Positions 8,933 through 19,589 of a stretch of 64,000 nt of DNA are shown here, piece by piece. Numbering within the stretch: the stretch's first letter is position 1; the number at the start of each line of letters is the position of its first letter. The position numbers were made by a program, and so were the translations under genes. Origin of the DNA: Chloroflexota bacterium (lineage in GTDB: Bacteria; Chloroflexota; UBA11872; VXOZ01); the NCBI GenBank assembly GCA_965221905.1, contig OZ244922.1, positions 1,376,001 to 1,440,000 of the forward strand. Reading direction: 5' to 3'. Below the pieces are notes generated by a model that did no database searches, had not been told where the DNA came from, and worked only from the letters and a program-made list of their open reading frames with translations.

Positions 8933-9800
8933 GGCCGCGAGCACCGAAAGGCGGCTGGCTGAGCATGCACGCGACGAGGCACGCACCGAATCAGAAGCGG
9001 CGAGAGCCGATTCTACGCCGGTATTCGTACGGTGGGCAGGGCGTCTCCGCGGCGTCGGCATCCCGCTTCTGGGTTTGCTTGTCATTCTTCTGCTCTGGCA
9101 GTTCTTGACGAGCGGCCTGCTCTCGGACTCGAGTATCGTCATTGCTTTTCAACCGCGAAACGCTTTCCGTGAGCTTGTGGGCTTCTTTGTCAGCGGTGTC
9201 ATCTACTCCCACATTGTGGCGAGCCTAGAGCGGATTGGAATGGGGCTCGCGCTGGCGGTGGCGATTGGGGTGCCGATTGGCGTAATCATCGGCCATTACC
9301 GTGCGGCCGAACGCGCTTCTTCCCTGGCGTTTCAGTTCATCCGCATGATTTCGCCCCTCTCGTGGATGCCGATTGCCATAGTCGTCTTTGGCGTTGGTAG
9401 TAACCCTGTCATCTTCTTGATTGCCATTGCGGCGGTGTGGCCCATGATCATCAATACGGCCCATGGCGTGAGCAGTTTGGACCAACGCTGGATTCGAGCG
9501 GCACGCACGCTGGGCGCCAATGAATGGAAGCTTGTGCGCATGGTCATACTGCCGGCCGTCGTGCCGGACATGCTCACCGGACTGCGCTTGGCGGTGGGCC
9601 TCGCGTGGGTGGTCTTAGTGCCTGCCGAGATGTTGGGTGTTTCCGACGGCCTTGGCTACTACATTCTGGATACTCGCGACCGTTTCAACTACGGTGAGCT
9701 GATGGCGGTGATTCTTGTCATTGGCGTGATTGGCTATGCATTGGACCAGCTCATCCGATTACTTCGCGTGCACGCCTCCTGGGACCAGGAAGAGCGCTGA
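8925..9800 (+). CDS. ABC permease (SsuC/TauC family)
   Basis: SL.RI..G, ISPLSWMP, EAA-like loop AARTLGA, LVPAEM; TTG start after AAGGAG. Confidence 0.92.
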   Translation: MSKAASTERRLAEHARDEARTESEAARADSTPVFVRWAGRLRGVGIPLLGLLVILLLWQFLTSGLLSDSSIVIAFQPRNAFRELVGFFVSGVIYSHIVASLERIGMGLALAVAIGVPIGVIIGHYRAAERASSLAFQFIRMISPLSWMPIAIVVFGVGSNPVIFLIAIAAVWPMIINTAHGVSSLDQRWIRAARTLGANEWKLVRMVILPAVVPDMLTGLRLAVGLAWVVLVPAEMLGVSDGLGYYILDTRDRFNYGELMAVILVIGVIGYALDQLIRLLRVHASWDQEER

Positions 9801-11533
9801 TGGACGTACCCCATGACGTTTACACCACCGATGTGTTGGTAATCGGCGGCGGGCTGGCAGGCTGCTGGGCCGCCATCGCGGCAACCCGCCAAGGGAGCCG
9901 CGCGCTGGTGGTGGATAAGGGATTTGTCGGCGGTTCCGGCTGTAGCGTGTTTGCAGGCGGCGTGGTGCTGCACCTGACGCCGGAGGACGATCCTACCGAT
10001 TTCGTGCGCGAGCACTGCCGCGAGAGCGAGCTTCTGCTTGACCCGGCATGGGTCGAATGGCTGGTGCAAGCCAATTACGAACGCATCGCTGAGTTGGATG
10101 GCTGGGATGCGCCATTCGACCGTCACGACGACGCGGCCTGCGGTCAAGTCGGCTCGCTCCACCGCCGCCTCATCTACGTGGGATCGCGCGAGACGGTGTG
10201 GCGGTTGGGCCTGGACAGTGTCGAGTTGATGAAGCTGATGCGAAAGCACGTGTTGCGCACGAAGCAGGCAAAGCTTCTCGACCACACGGCTATCGTGAAG
10301 CTCTTAGTGCAAGACGGCCGCATTGTCGGTGCGGTAGGCATCCGGCGGCAGGACGAGCGGCTCTGCCTGATCCAAGCGAAGTCCGTAGTATTCGCGGCGG
10401 GAGGCTGCGCGTGGAAAGGCACGCATTTCGGCCACGACATGCTCTGCGGCGAGGCGTATGCGCTGGCGTGGGACGTTGGGGCTTCTTTGATGAACATGGA
10501 GTATGCCAACGGCTACATTGCCACCAATACACGCTTCGATAGTCACGGACAGTGCATTCTAGCTGCCATTGGCGGCGAGTACTTGAATGGTGAGGGCGAG
10601 CCGTTCCTCGGCAAATACTCGGATAAGGTGCCCCCGGCGATTCATGTAATCGCCCGCGGTATGGCATCAGAGATACGGGAGGGCCGTGGGCCAATTCAGC
10701 TTGATCTCTCTGCGGTTCCCGCGACGGACCGTGAGATGTGGCTGCACGCCTTCAAGCACATCGCGGAGCTTGCCCGCCGCAGCGGCCAGGACCTGTTCGC
10801 CGACCGCACGCAATGGCATCCCGGGTTCAACGGCTCTGTATCGGGCTCTGCGGGGATTCACTTCGCTGATACCTCGATGGCCGCCAGCGTGCCCGGCCTG
10901 TTCGTTGCCGGTGACGCGGCGACGCGCGGGTACGTGGTCGGGGCGTCCAGCGGCATCACGTTTCTCAATCTCGCCTGGGCGAACGGCAGCGGTTACGCCG
11001 CCGGCGTGAGTGCAGGAAAGTTCGCCCAAAATGCAGGCTGGGAAGAGATCGCTGACGCCCGCAAGGAAGATTTGTTTGCCGAGATACTGCGCCCCATGGA
11101 AAGCAAGGACGGACTTTTGCCTGATGCGGTGTATGGGGAGTTGCAGTCCCAGGTCATGCCGCCCGAACTCAACATCTTTCGCCAGGAGGCCCGCATGCAG
11201 CAGGCATTGGCGCACGTGCGCACGCTCCGGCAGGAGGCGGTGCCGCGCCTCTTTGCGCCGGACTTCCATGAGCTTGTGAAATGCTTCGAGGTTGAGGCAA
11301 CGGCGCTGACAACGGCGCTAATGTATGAGGCGGCACTTCTCCGGACGGAAAGCAGGGGCTGGCACTACCGTGAAGACTATCCGCAGCGTGACGATGGCGG
11401 CTGGCTGCGCTGGATCATCGCGGAGCCGGATGCCGGCGGCGAACCGGTCTTCCGCTACTCCCCAGTGCCGCGAGACCGGTTAGAGAAACTGGGATTGCTC
11501 GAAAAGGCGGCGGCGCAATCCCCTACTACCTAG
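9800..11533 (+). CDS. FAD-dependent oxidoreductase of the SdhA/FrdA/AprA family (AsfA-like)
   Basis: DVLVIGGGLAG, GLFVAGDAA, RTESRGWHYREDYP; start overlaps the permease stop. Confidence 0.88.
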   Translation: MDVPHDVYTTDVLVIGGGLAGCWAAIAATRQGSRALVVDKGFVGGSGCSVFAGGVVLHLTPEDDPTDFVREHCRESELLLDPAWVEWLVQANYERIAELDGWDAPFDRHDDAACGQVGSLHRRLIYVGSRETVWRLGLDSVELMKLMRKHVLRTKQAKLLDHTAIVKLLVQDGRIVGAVGIRRQDERLCLIQAKSVVFAAGGCAWKGTHFGHDMLCGEAYALAWDVGASLMNMEYANGYIATNTRFDSHGQCILAAIGGEYLNGEGEPFLGKYSDKVPPAIHVIARGMASEIREGRGPIQLDLSAVPATDREMWLHAFKHIAELARRSGQDLFADRTQWHPGFNGSVSGSAGIHFADTSMAASVPGLFVAGDAATRGYVVGASSGITFLNLAWANGSGYAAGVSAGKFAQNAGWEEIADARKEDLFAEILRPMESKDGLLPDAVYGELQSQVMPPELNIFRQEARMQQALAHVRTLRQEAVPRLFAPDFHELVKCFEVEATALTTALMYEAALLRTESRGWHYREDYPQRDDGGWLRWIIAEPDAGGEPVFRYSPVPRDRLEKLGLLEKAAAQSPTT

Positions 11534-11715
11534 TGGGTTCTACTGCGCTCTGCGAGAGGCAGATTGCAACAAGCAGTTGCAACAGGTGGAAAAGCTAACT
11601 AACCTTAAAATGATCGCTGAAGAGGCTTTTGAGCCTACTGCAACCGGGCGCAGCGCCCAGCAGTGGGGTTGGGCAGGTCCTGTGTTATGACGATGCTAGT
11701 TGGAAAGAGTGAATA

Positions 11716-11934
11716 GTGGCAATTGAAAAAGTGTATGAGGACCTGTGTATTGGCTGCACCCTTTGCGTAAAGGTCTGTCCGCTCGACGTGCTCCGCATGG
11801 ACCGGAACAAGAAGGCCTACATCCGCTACCAAGATGACTGCCAGTCGTGCTTGCTGTGCGAAATCTATTGCCCCACTGACGCAATCTACGTCGGCCCGGA
11901 GAATCCCCGCGATGTGCCCTTCGTCGTAATCTGA
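11716..11934 (+). CDS. 2x[4Fe-4S] ferredoxin (AprB/AsfB-like)
   Basis: CIGCTLCVKVCP and CQSCLLCEIYCP. Confidence 0.93.
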   Translation: MAIEKVYEDLCIGCTLCVKVCPLDVLRMDRNKKAYIRYQDDCQSCLLCEIYCPTDAIYVGPENPRDVPFVVI

Positions 11935-11972
11935 GTCTCTCAGTTTTCCTTAGGGCCGACTAAAGCTACAAT

Positions 11973-14414
11973 GTGCGCATGAGCCTTTTCAATCGTAGTC
12001 TTGGCGCTATTGGCGCGTTCTTGCGTGCCGGTCAGGACACCTCTCACGTAGCACTAGACTCGCAAGGATCTACCGCTTCCCCTCGCTCGGGCGACAGTGA
12101 CTCTGAAGAGATTCCGGTACTACACCGGCTTGCCATCATCTACCTGATGCTGCCGGTAGTGGTCTGGCTGGTGGGGTGGTTTGAGTGGTGGTTCGGTGTC
12201 CCGTTGGCCCTGCTGGTGGCTGTAGGGGTCTGGCAGGTACTAAAGACTGGGCAAGCGAAGATCAACCGGCGCACTCTTTTGAGTGCTCTGCGTTCTGCGC
12301 TGCGGCCCACCACCGTCGCGCTGCTGCTCATTGCTCTTGCGTGGGTGATGGTGACCGGCGCTGGGGGTGTCTTCGACGTCCAAAACCACCACTGGGATAA
12401 GCACCAAGCAATATTCCTAGATCTCAGCCGCGGCAACTGGCCGGTTTTCTTGCCGACCTGGACGCCTGACTTATCCATTTATTTTTCTGGGGAAATAAGT
12501 CAGCCTGGCTCCCTACTGCGCTATTACTTGGGCTATTACATGGTCCCAGGCTTGGTGGGCAATTGGTTTGGGCCGGCGACGTTGAACGTGGCAGTGCCTT
12601 TGTGGACTTGGTGTGGGGTTGGCCTCACGCTGGTGCTCTTCACGCGTTGTCATCGTGGATGGAGAGTGCTAGCCGCGGCAACAGTCCTCGTTCTCTTCAG
12701 TGGTATGGACCTAGTTAGCGGGATCCTACTCGAGGGAATGGAGTGGCTTGAAATTGAATTTGCCTGGGAGGGTTGGCCAGAGTTTCGGATAGGGCGGAAT
12801 AGACTGGATGGGATATGGCTGAAGGATGTAAGGGTAATGTACCTATCCCAAATGTATGGATTGATGTTGATCCCGCAGCACTTCATAGCAGGTGGGCTCT
12901 GTGCTCTGCTGATTGTGCAGCTTCGCCGGCACGGGCGATTTCTCGCGGTGAGTGGCGTCGTGCTAACGGCGGCAACATTCTGGTCACCCTTTATCGTTAT
13001 CGGCCTGCTGCCGCTCGCGGCAGTGATGCTTGTTGAGAACGGTCTCCGTCCTTTCCTGCGTTGGCAAAATCTGTTGTTGGCGACACCTTTGGCGGCTTTG
13101 CTCTTCTTTTACTTGTCGAGCGGAACTGGAGATATCGATCGGGGCTGGATATGGCAGATCCACTCGAGCGACTTGCCGAACTTGACGAGAGTTTTGCCGA
13201 TATTGTACTTGAGCGAATTTGTCATATTGGCCGTTTTGCTCGTCCTATTGAATCCACGCTTGCGCCGCAACTTACTCTTCTTCGCTTCTTTGGCGACTCT
13301 GCTACTCTTGCCCATGTATTCCTACGGCTATCACAATGATCTCGTCTTGCGCGGGCAGATACCCGCCCTATTCTTGCTCTCCTACTATTGTGCAAGCCTA
13401 TTTGGAGAGAGGTGGATTGACAAGACAGCGAGATGGGCCAAGCGCAACTGGGGGCTTGTTGGGAGTCTCGTTGCCGTTCTGAGTATCGGCGCCGTATCGC
13501 CGATATTCGATTTGGTGCTGGTTAGCAAGGATCATGACTTCAACGTTATCCGCTACGAGGATATGGGGCCAGAAGTCTCGGTATTGCGTAGTATTTGGAT
13601 TCCCAGAGGTTTTAGAAGGCAATATGTTGCGCATGACGTTCCCGAATGGTTCCATTGGCTGCTGCGGAGTGCGGATGGAGACGTACCGGAGCCGCAGGTG
13701 AAGGGCGACGTAATTATCCGCTCCACATACACTGTGCACCGTGAAAAACAGAGATTAGTCTATGTGAAGGACTTGTGCGGTCCGGAAGACGTGGATTCGC
13801 GCTTTTTCTTGCACGTGGTTCCACCCGATACAGACCTCCTTCCCACTGGCCGCAGCCACTTGAGCTTTGATTTCGAGTTTATTGGGCATGGCTGGCGGAT
13901 TGATGAGACCTGTATTGCAGTGCGTGAATTGCCCAGTTGGTATGCCAACGGGCACATTACAACCGGCCAATTCAATGCGGAGCGAACCAGCCATAGTTGG
14001 CTCCGCCATTACTATGGTGAAGACTATCGCAATCGTTTCCTGGCAGAGGCTGGCGAGCCGATCATCCGCTCTGACTATGACATTTACCTACACAAAGAAG
14101 AGGCGGGGGACAGTTCGGGCGAAGCGAGTCGACTTCGCTTACTTTTCTTCAAGCCCGCGTGTAGCCAGGGGGACGTGAAGGGACGATACTATTTGCACGT
14201 AGTTCCCGTTAGCCAGGACATCCTATCCGACGAGCGCAAGAGTGTCGGGTACGATGTGCTTGACTTTTCACTTGATGATTTTGGTGGGATGAGCGATGGG
14301 TCATGTTTTGTGGTACGGGAATTGCCAGAGTATGACATCCTCGAGATAAGGATGGGGGAGTTTAGCGCTGAAGGCGAAAAGCTGTGGGAAGGCCGCATCG
14401 CTTTTGACAAATAG
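11973..14414 (+). CDS. polytopic membrane protein, putative GT-C glycosyltransferase, array copy 1 (two C-terminal repeat domains)
   Basis: About 12-13 TM segments; KH.AI..DL...WP and LLRYYLGYYMVP motifs; paralog of the next four genes; start 11973 or 11979. Confidence 0.65.
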   Translation: MRMSLFNRSLGAIGAFLRAGQDTSHVALDSQGSTASPRSGDSDSEEIPVLHRLAIIYLMLPVVVWLVGWFEWWFGVPLALLVAVGVWQVLKTGQAKINRRTLLSALRSALRPTTVALLLIALAWVMVTGAGGVFDVQNHHWDKHQAIFLDLSRGNWPVFLPTWTPDLSIYFSGEISQPGSLLRYYLGYYMVPGLVGNWFGPATLNVAVPLWTWCGVGLTLVLFTRCHRGWRVLAAATVLVLFSGMDLVSGILLEGMEWLEIEFAWEGWPEFRIGRNRLDGIWLKDVRVMYLSQMYGLMLIPQHFIAGGLCALLIVQLRRHGRFLAVSGVVLTAATFWSPFIVIGLLPLAAVMLVENGLRPFLRWQNLLLATPLAALLFFYLSSGTGDIDRGWIWQIHSSDLPNLTRVLPILYLSEFVILAVLLVLLNPRLRRNLLFFASLATLLLLPMYSYGYHNDLVLRGQIPALFLLSYYCASLFGERWIDKTARWAKRNWGLVGSLVAVLSIGAVSPIFDLVLVSKDHDFNVIRYEDMGPEVSVLRSIWIPRGFRRQYVAHDVPEWFHWLLRSADGDVPEPQVKGDVIIRSTYTVHREKQRLVYVKDLCGPEDVDSRFFLHVVPPDTDLLPTGRSHLSFDFEFIGHGWRIDETCIAVRELPSWYANGHITTGQFNAERTSHSWLRHYYGEDYRNRFLAEAGEPIIRSDYDIYLHKEEAGDSSGEASRLRLLFFKPACSQGDVKGRYYLHVVPVSQDILSDERKSVGYDVLDFSLDDFGGMSDGSCFVVRELPEYDILEIRMGEFSAEGEKLWEGRIAFDK

Positions 14415-14504
14415 CTGCGAGTGCACAAAGCTTGAACCTGTTTGTTTAGAGATCATGGTGTTGGAGAACATATTGCAGCAGCGCAACTACAGTAGTTCAG
14501 TAGA

Positions 14505-16907
14505 ATGAGCCGGATCAAGCGTACTCTAGCCGCTCTCACCCAGTCTCGCGGCGCTGCATCCGCTATAGCCGTGAAGGCACTCGGGTACTGGGGCTCCTCA
14601 GCCTCCGACGGTGCTGCATCTGTTCGGATTCCATTAGTTCATCGGCTGGCGATTCTCTACCTGATACTGCCAGTAGCAGTTTGGCTGGTGGGGTGGTTTG
14701 AGTGGTGGTTTGGCGTACCTGCAGCCGTGCTACTGGCGTTAGGACTCTGGAGGGCTCTCGCGCCATCCCGGGAGAGCCTGAACTGGCAGGCCTTCTTCTC
14801 CACTCTGCATTCGGCGCTGCGGCCCACCACCGTTGCCCTGCTGCTCATCTCCTTCGCCTGGGTGATGACGACTGCCGCAGGTGGAGTATTCGACGTCAAT
14901 AACACCGATTGGCCGTTCCACCGATCGATATTCCTTGACCTTAGTGATGGCGACTGGCCGAGCGAGGTTCTGCCGGATGCCATAACCTATCTGGGCGTGC
15001 CCAGCTTGTTACGACACTACCTGGGCTATTACATGGTGCCGGGAATGCTGGGTAACTGGTTTGGACAGGCGGCGTTGAATTGGGCTGTGCCACTCTGGAC
15101 GTGGTCCGGAGTTGCCCTTATCTTGCTAATGTTCAACCGTGGCAGAAGTGGCTGGAAGGCAGTAGTTGCAGCGCTGATCCTCATTTTCTTTAGTGGCATG
15201 GACGCCCTGCGAATCATCTTTGCAGAGGGATGGGATATTTCTGAATTCAGGCTTGTTCTCGAAGGCTGGCCGAGGATAGAAGTTGGCCGTGATCACTTGG
15301 AGTGGGAGGGACTTAGGTCAATCAAGATCCAATTTTCGTCTCACATGGTAGGGTTGATGTTTGTGCCTAAGCACTTTATCGCAGCCGCGCTCTACGCCCT
15401 ACTATTGTTGCAACTGCGGCGCCATAGGCCATTCATCGCTGTAAGCGGAATTGTCTTAGCGGCAGCACTATTCTGGTCACCTTTTGTCGCTGTTGGCTTG
15501 TTGCCATTTGTCGCAGTGTTCGTCGCTGAGAACGGCATCCGACCCTTTCTGCGCTGGCAGAATATTCTAATTCCACTGCCGTTGGCAATCCTACTGTTGG
15601 TCTACCTGTCAAGCGGATCAGGCGATATTCCGCGTGGATGGTTTTGGGACATACACCAGGGAAATTTCCAAGAGGCGATAGGAGCCTTGCTTTCGCTCTA
15701 CCTTAGTGAATTCTTGATCCTGGCGATCTTAGTCTTGATTCTGCAACCGCGAATGCGTGCAAACCCGTTTTTTATAGCAAGCCTGGCTACATTGTTGCTC
15801 TTCCCTCTGTTTTCGCTTGGTCTCTTCAATGATCTTGTCATGCGCGGTGTGATGCCGGCCTTGTTTATCCTTTGCTACTACTGTGCTGACACTCTTCTTG
15901 GCTCATCATTTGACATGGAAACGAGAAGGGGACTTCTAAGAATTCTCTTTTTCGCGCTCATGGTTGCCGTATTGGCAATTGGTGCAGCCACACCATTAGT
16001 GGAATTGACAAGAGCTAATAATAATCACGAGTTTGGTATGGTCCGGCATGAGCAGCTTGGAGACGAGCTTTCAATTAGGGGCATCTTGGAGGAAAACTAT
16101 CCTGAGGGGTACGTGCCCCTCTACCTGACCAATGAGATTCCTGATTGGTACCTTCGCCTAATGGGATATACATCCGACATTCTGGCGCCCGCAATAGGTG
16201 ACTTGGCGGTCCGATCCACCTACGACGTATATTTTGACGGCCGAACTCTCCTATACATTAAGGATCCATGCAGCCAAGAGGAGAAAGGCACGTACTTCTT
16301 TGTGCAGGTGGTTCCGCTTGATCGGGAAAGTCTTCCCAATGACGATGAACATTTCAACATGGACTTTGTTTTCACTGCAAAGCACGCGCTGAGAAAAGAG
16401 AATATATGCTTAGCGTATCGGACCCTGCCGGATACATTTGAAGTTGCATATATCAAGACTGGGCAACTTAATGCAGAGAGAGCAAGCCACAGTTGGATCG
16501 CCCATTACTACAGTCAAGATTTTCGCAATCGGCTGCTCGCAGAGGCCGGTGAGCCGATCATCCGTTCCGAATTCGCCGTTTACCTCCATCACGAAGAATT
16601 GGAGGCCGACGGGGGCCAATCGAACCGACTTCGTTTACTGTATTTCAAACCCGCGTGCAGCCAGGATGACAATGGCACGCGCTTCTTCTTAAATATACTT
16701 CCAGATCGCGCAGAAGATCTTCCCGATGAGCGTAAGGAAGCAGGATACGAAGAACTGGACTTTGGCCTTGATGACTTCGGCGGTAGATATGACGGGGACT
16801 GCTTCGCTGTTCGTGACCTGCCGAAGTATGACATCCTTGAAATTAGAACAGGGCAGTGGAGTACTGAGGGCGACACTCTGTGGGAAGGGCGATACGCTTT
16901 CGACTAA
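14505..16907 (+). CDS. polytopic membrane protein, putative GT-C, array copy 2
   Basis: Same motifs (DWPFHRSIFLDL, LLRHYLGYYMVP); two C-terminal repeat domains. Confidence 0.65.
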   Translation: MSRIKRTLAALTQSRGAASAIAVKALGYWGSSASDGAASVRIPLVHRLAILYLILPVAVWLVGWFEWWFGVPAAVLLALGLWRALAPSRESLNWQAFFSTLHSALRPTTVALLLISFAWVMTTAAGGVFDVNNTDWPFHRSIFLDLSDGDWPSEVLPDAITYLGVPSLLRHYLGYYMVPGMLGNWFGQAALNWAVPLWTWSGVALILLMFNRGRSGWKAVVAALILIFFSGMDALRIIFAEGWDISEFRLVLEGWPRIEVGRDHLEWEGLRSIKIQFSSHMVGLMFVPKHFIAAALYALLLLQLRRHRPFIAVSGIVLAAALFWSPFVAVGLLPFVAVFVAENGIRPFLRWQNILIPLPLAILLLVYLSSGSGDIPRGWFWDIHQGNFQEAIGALLSLYLSEFLILAILVLILQPRMRANPFFIASLATLLLFPLFSLGLFNDLVMRGVMPALFILCYYCADTLLGSSFDMETRRGLLRILFFALMVAVLAIGAATPLVELTRANNNHEFGMVRHEQLGDELSIRGILEENYPEGYVPLYLTNEIPDWYLRLMGYTSDILAPAIGDLAVRSTYDVYFDGRTLLYIKDPCSQEEKGTYFFVQVVPLDRESLPNDDEHFNMDFVFTAKHALRKENICLAYRTLPDTFEVAYIKTGQLNAERASHSWIAHYYSQDFRNRLLAEAGEPIIRSEFAVYLHHEELEADGGQSNRLRLLYFKPACSQDDNGTRFFLNILPDRAEDLPDERKEAGYEELDFGLDDFGGRYDGDCFAVRDLPKYDILEIRTGQWSTEGDTLWEGRYAFD

Positions 16908-16999
16908 TGGCATGGAAGTAAGCTATCCCAAAGTGCATGTAGTGAGGTCACTCTCGTTGAGACTGTATTGGAGCAATGAGGCTACAGTGACTTGATGAA

Positions 17000-19435
17000 A
17001 TGAAGCAGATTAATCGAAGCCTAGCACCTCTTGTCGCATCCTTCAGCAGCAGCCTCAGTGTGTTCGCCATAGCCGTGAAGGTACGTGGGTTCTTGAATTG
17101 TCCTCCATCCGACAGCGGTGCCAACGATGAGATTCCCTTGATGCACCGGCTCGCCATTGTTTACCTTTTGTTACCGGTGGTGATTTGGCTGGTGGGGTGG
17201 TTTGAGTGGTGGTTCGGAGTCTCACTTACTGCCTTGGTAGCACTGGGTGCTTGGAAGGCCCTCGGACCTGCGCGAGCAAGCCTCAATTGGCAGACCTTCT
17301 TCCGCACAATGCGTGCGGCGTTGCGTCCCGCCACCGTCGCGCTGCTGCTCATTGCCTTCGCATGGGTGATGGCGACCGCCGCTGGCGGTGTCTTCGACGT
17401 CCACCACCCCGAATGGCACAAGCATCGCTCAATATTCCTCGATCTCAGCCGTAGTGAATGGCCAGTTCATTTGCCGGCGTGGACTTCCGACCTATCCGTC
17501 TTTCTTCCTGGAGAGGCGGACAGGCCCGGCTCTCTGCTGCGCTATTACTTGGGATATTACATGGTTCCTGGCTTGCTAGGTAAGTGGCTCGGTCCAGTGG
17601 TACTCAATTGGGCTGTGCCGTTGTGGACGTGGTGCGGCGTGGGACTCATGCTATTGCTCTTCACGCAATGGTTTCGTGGTTGGAAAGTGCCGGCTGCAGC
17701 TGCAATACTCATCTTATTTAGTGGCATGGATGCTGCAAGCGTACTTGTATTCGGAGGCTGGGAGTGGCTTGAGCTAGGTTTCGCATGGAATGGCTGGCCG
17801 GAGATTCGGCCAGTCCGCAATTCACTGGACGGGATCGTACACAAGGACGTATGGGTACTATTCCTATCAAATATGTCTGGGCTGATGTGGATCCCACAGC
17901 ACTTCATAGCGGGTGGGCTCTGTGCTCTATTGATCGTGCAACTTCGTTGGCATGAACGATTCCTTGCGATGAGCGGCCTCGTGCTAGTGACGGCAACATT
18001 CTGGTCGCCCTTCATTGCGATCGGCCTGCTGCCACTCTTTGCAGTGCTGTTTTTGCAGAATGGTATCCGCTGCTTTCTGCGCTGGCAGAATTTGCTCCTG
18101 GCGCCGCCTTTGGCGGCCTTGCTTTTCTCTTACTTGTCAAGTGGCACGGGACAGATCGAGCGGGGTTGGATCTGGAACATCCACTCAGATTCCTTGCCGG
18201 ACGCAATGCGAGTCTTATTGGTATTATTCTTGACGGAATTTGTGATATTGGTTTTGCTGCTCTTGCTATTGCGACCAAAGTTGCGCCAAGATTTGTTATT
18301 CATGGCTTCACTTGCAACTCTGCTTCTCGCGCCCCTTTTGTCGTATGGCCATCACAATGACTTAGTCCTACGCGGACAGATTCCCGCCTTATTCTTGCTC
18401 TCTTACTATAGTGCCTGCGCACTGTTGAAAAGCTCAGTTGAGAAATATCGGAGTTGGAACTATCCTTCCTTGACGCTTGCCGGGCTGCTCGTTGCTGTCT
18501 TGGGTATTGGTGTGGTTACTCCGTTGTTTGAATTGGCGCGGGCCAACAACGATCATGATTTTGGTGTGATTCGCTATGGGCAAATGGGACCAGACACTTC
18601 GATTCTGCGAAATCCGTGGATGCCGAGGGAGCTGCACTACCAATATGTCACGCAGGATGCTCCCGGCTGGTTCCGTTGGCTTTTGCGTAATTCGGGTGGG
18701 TATGAGCAGGCACAGCATGGGAAGGGTGAAAAAGTCATTGACTCCACCTATACCGTGCATCGAGAAGGAAGACGATTGGTCTACGTGAGGGACTCGTGCG
18801 GATCGCAGGATGTCGATACGCGCTTTTTCTTGCACGTGGTACCCACTGAAAGAGAAGTCCTCCCTCCTGGCCGCACTCACTTCAGCTATAATTTTGAATT
18901 CAGGGGATACGGCTGGCGGATTGGCGAGACGTGTCTGGCTGTGCGAGAACTGCCCGACACGTATAGCATCGGACACGTCACAACCGGTCAGTTCAATTTG
19001 GAGCGTACCGGCCATAGCTGGCTGCGCCACTATTTCAGCGACGCGTATCGCGATCGGTTGCTGGCGGAGGCCGGTGAGCCGATCATCCGCTCTTTCTACG
19101 AGGTTTATCTTCATCGAGAGCAGGCGAGGGAGAGCTCGGGCGAACCGGATCGAATTCGCTTACTGTATTTCAAACCCGGGTGCAGCCAGGATGACAATGG
19201 CACTCGCTTCTTCATGCATGTCATTCCACGTAGCGCAGATTACCTACCCAATGAGCGCAAGGAAGCGGGATACGAAGAACTGAAGTTTGGCCTGGAGGAC
19301 TACGGCGGTAGGTATGGCGGGGACTGCTTTGCAGTTCGTGATCTTCCGGAGTATGACATCCTTGAGATCAGAACCGGACAGACTAATGGAGAGAACTCGA
19401 ATTCTTGGCAAGGCAGCTTTACACTTGGCAATTGA
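17000..19435 (+). CDS. polytopic membrane protein, putative GT-C, array copy 3
   Basis: EWHKHRSIFLDL, LLRYYLGYYMVP; two C-terminal repeat domains. Confidence 0.65.
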   Translation: MKQINRSLAPLVASFSSSLSVFAIAVKVRGFLNCPPSDSGANDEIPLMHRLAIVYLLLPVVIWLVGWFEWWFGVSLTALVALGAWKALGPARASLNWQTFFRTMRAALRPATVALLLIAFAWVMATAAGGVFDVHHPEWHKHRSIFLDLSRSEWPVHLPAWTSDLSVFLPGEADRPGSLLRYYLGYYMVPGLLGKWLGPVVLNWAVPLWTWCGVGLMLLLFTQWFRGWKVPAAAAILILFSGMDAASVLVFGGWEWLELGFAWNGWPEIRPVRNSLDGIVHKDVWVLFLSNMSGLMWIPQHFIAGGLCALLIVQLRWHERFLAMSGLVLVTATFWSPFIAIGLLPLFAVLFLQNGIRCFLRWQNLLLAPPLAALLFSYLSSGTGQIERGWIWNIHSDSLPDAMRVLLVLFLTEFVILVLLLLLLRPKLRQDLLFMASLATLLLAPLLSYGHHNDLVLRGQIPALFLLSYYSACALLKSSVEKYRSWNYPSLTLAGLLVAVLGIGVVTPLFELARANNDHDFGVIRYGQMGPDTSILRNPWMPRELHYQYVTQDAPGWFRWLLRNSGGYEQAQHGKGEKVIDSTYTVHREGRRLVYVRDSCGSQDVDTRFFLHVVPTEREVLPPGRTHFSYNFEFRGYGWRIGETCLAVRELPDTYSIGHVTTGQFNLERTGHSWLRHYFSDAYRDRLLAEAGEPIIRSFYEVYLHREQARESSGEPDRIRLLYFKPGCSQDDNGTRFFMHVIPRSADYLPNERKEAGYEELKFGLEDYGGRYGGDCFAVRDLPEYDILEIRTGQTNGENSNSWQGSFTLGN

Positions 19436-19589
19436 GAAGGAGTTGCGTGAAGCAGTCTAACGCAATGCAGCGCCATGTCAGTGGGAAGCAATGTAAAGAA
19501 GCGATGATTGTAGCGATAGTATGGAATGGTACACATTAAATCTGATCGGCCCCCACTGCTAGGCGCCTATCCACTCGCACTTTCTATCT

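Noticed and set aside
9800-11934. Dissimilatory APS reductase or respiratory succinate dehydrogenase
   Set aside because: No sat/qmo or sdhBCD genes; the ferredoxin lacks the AprB C-terminal tail; the context is an ABC importer.
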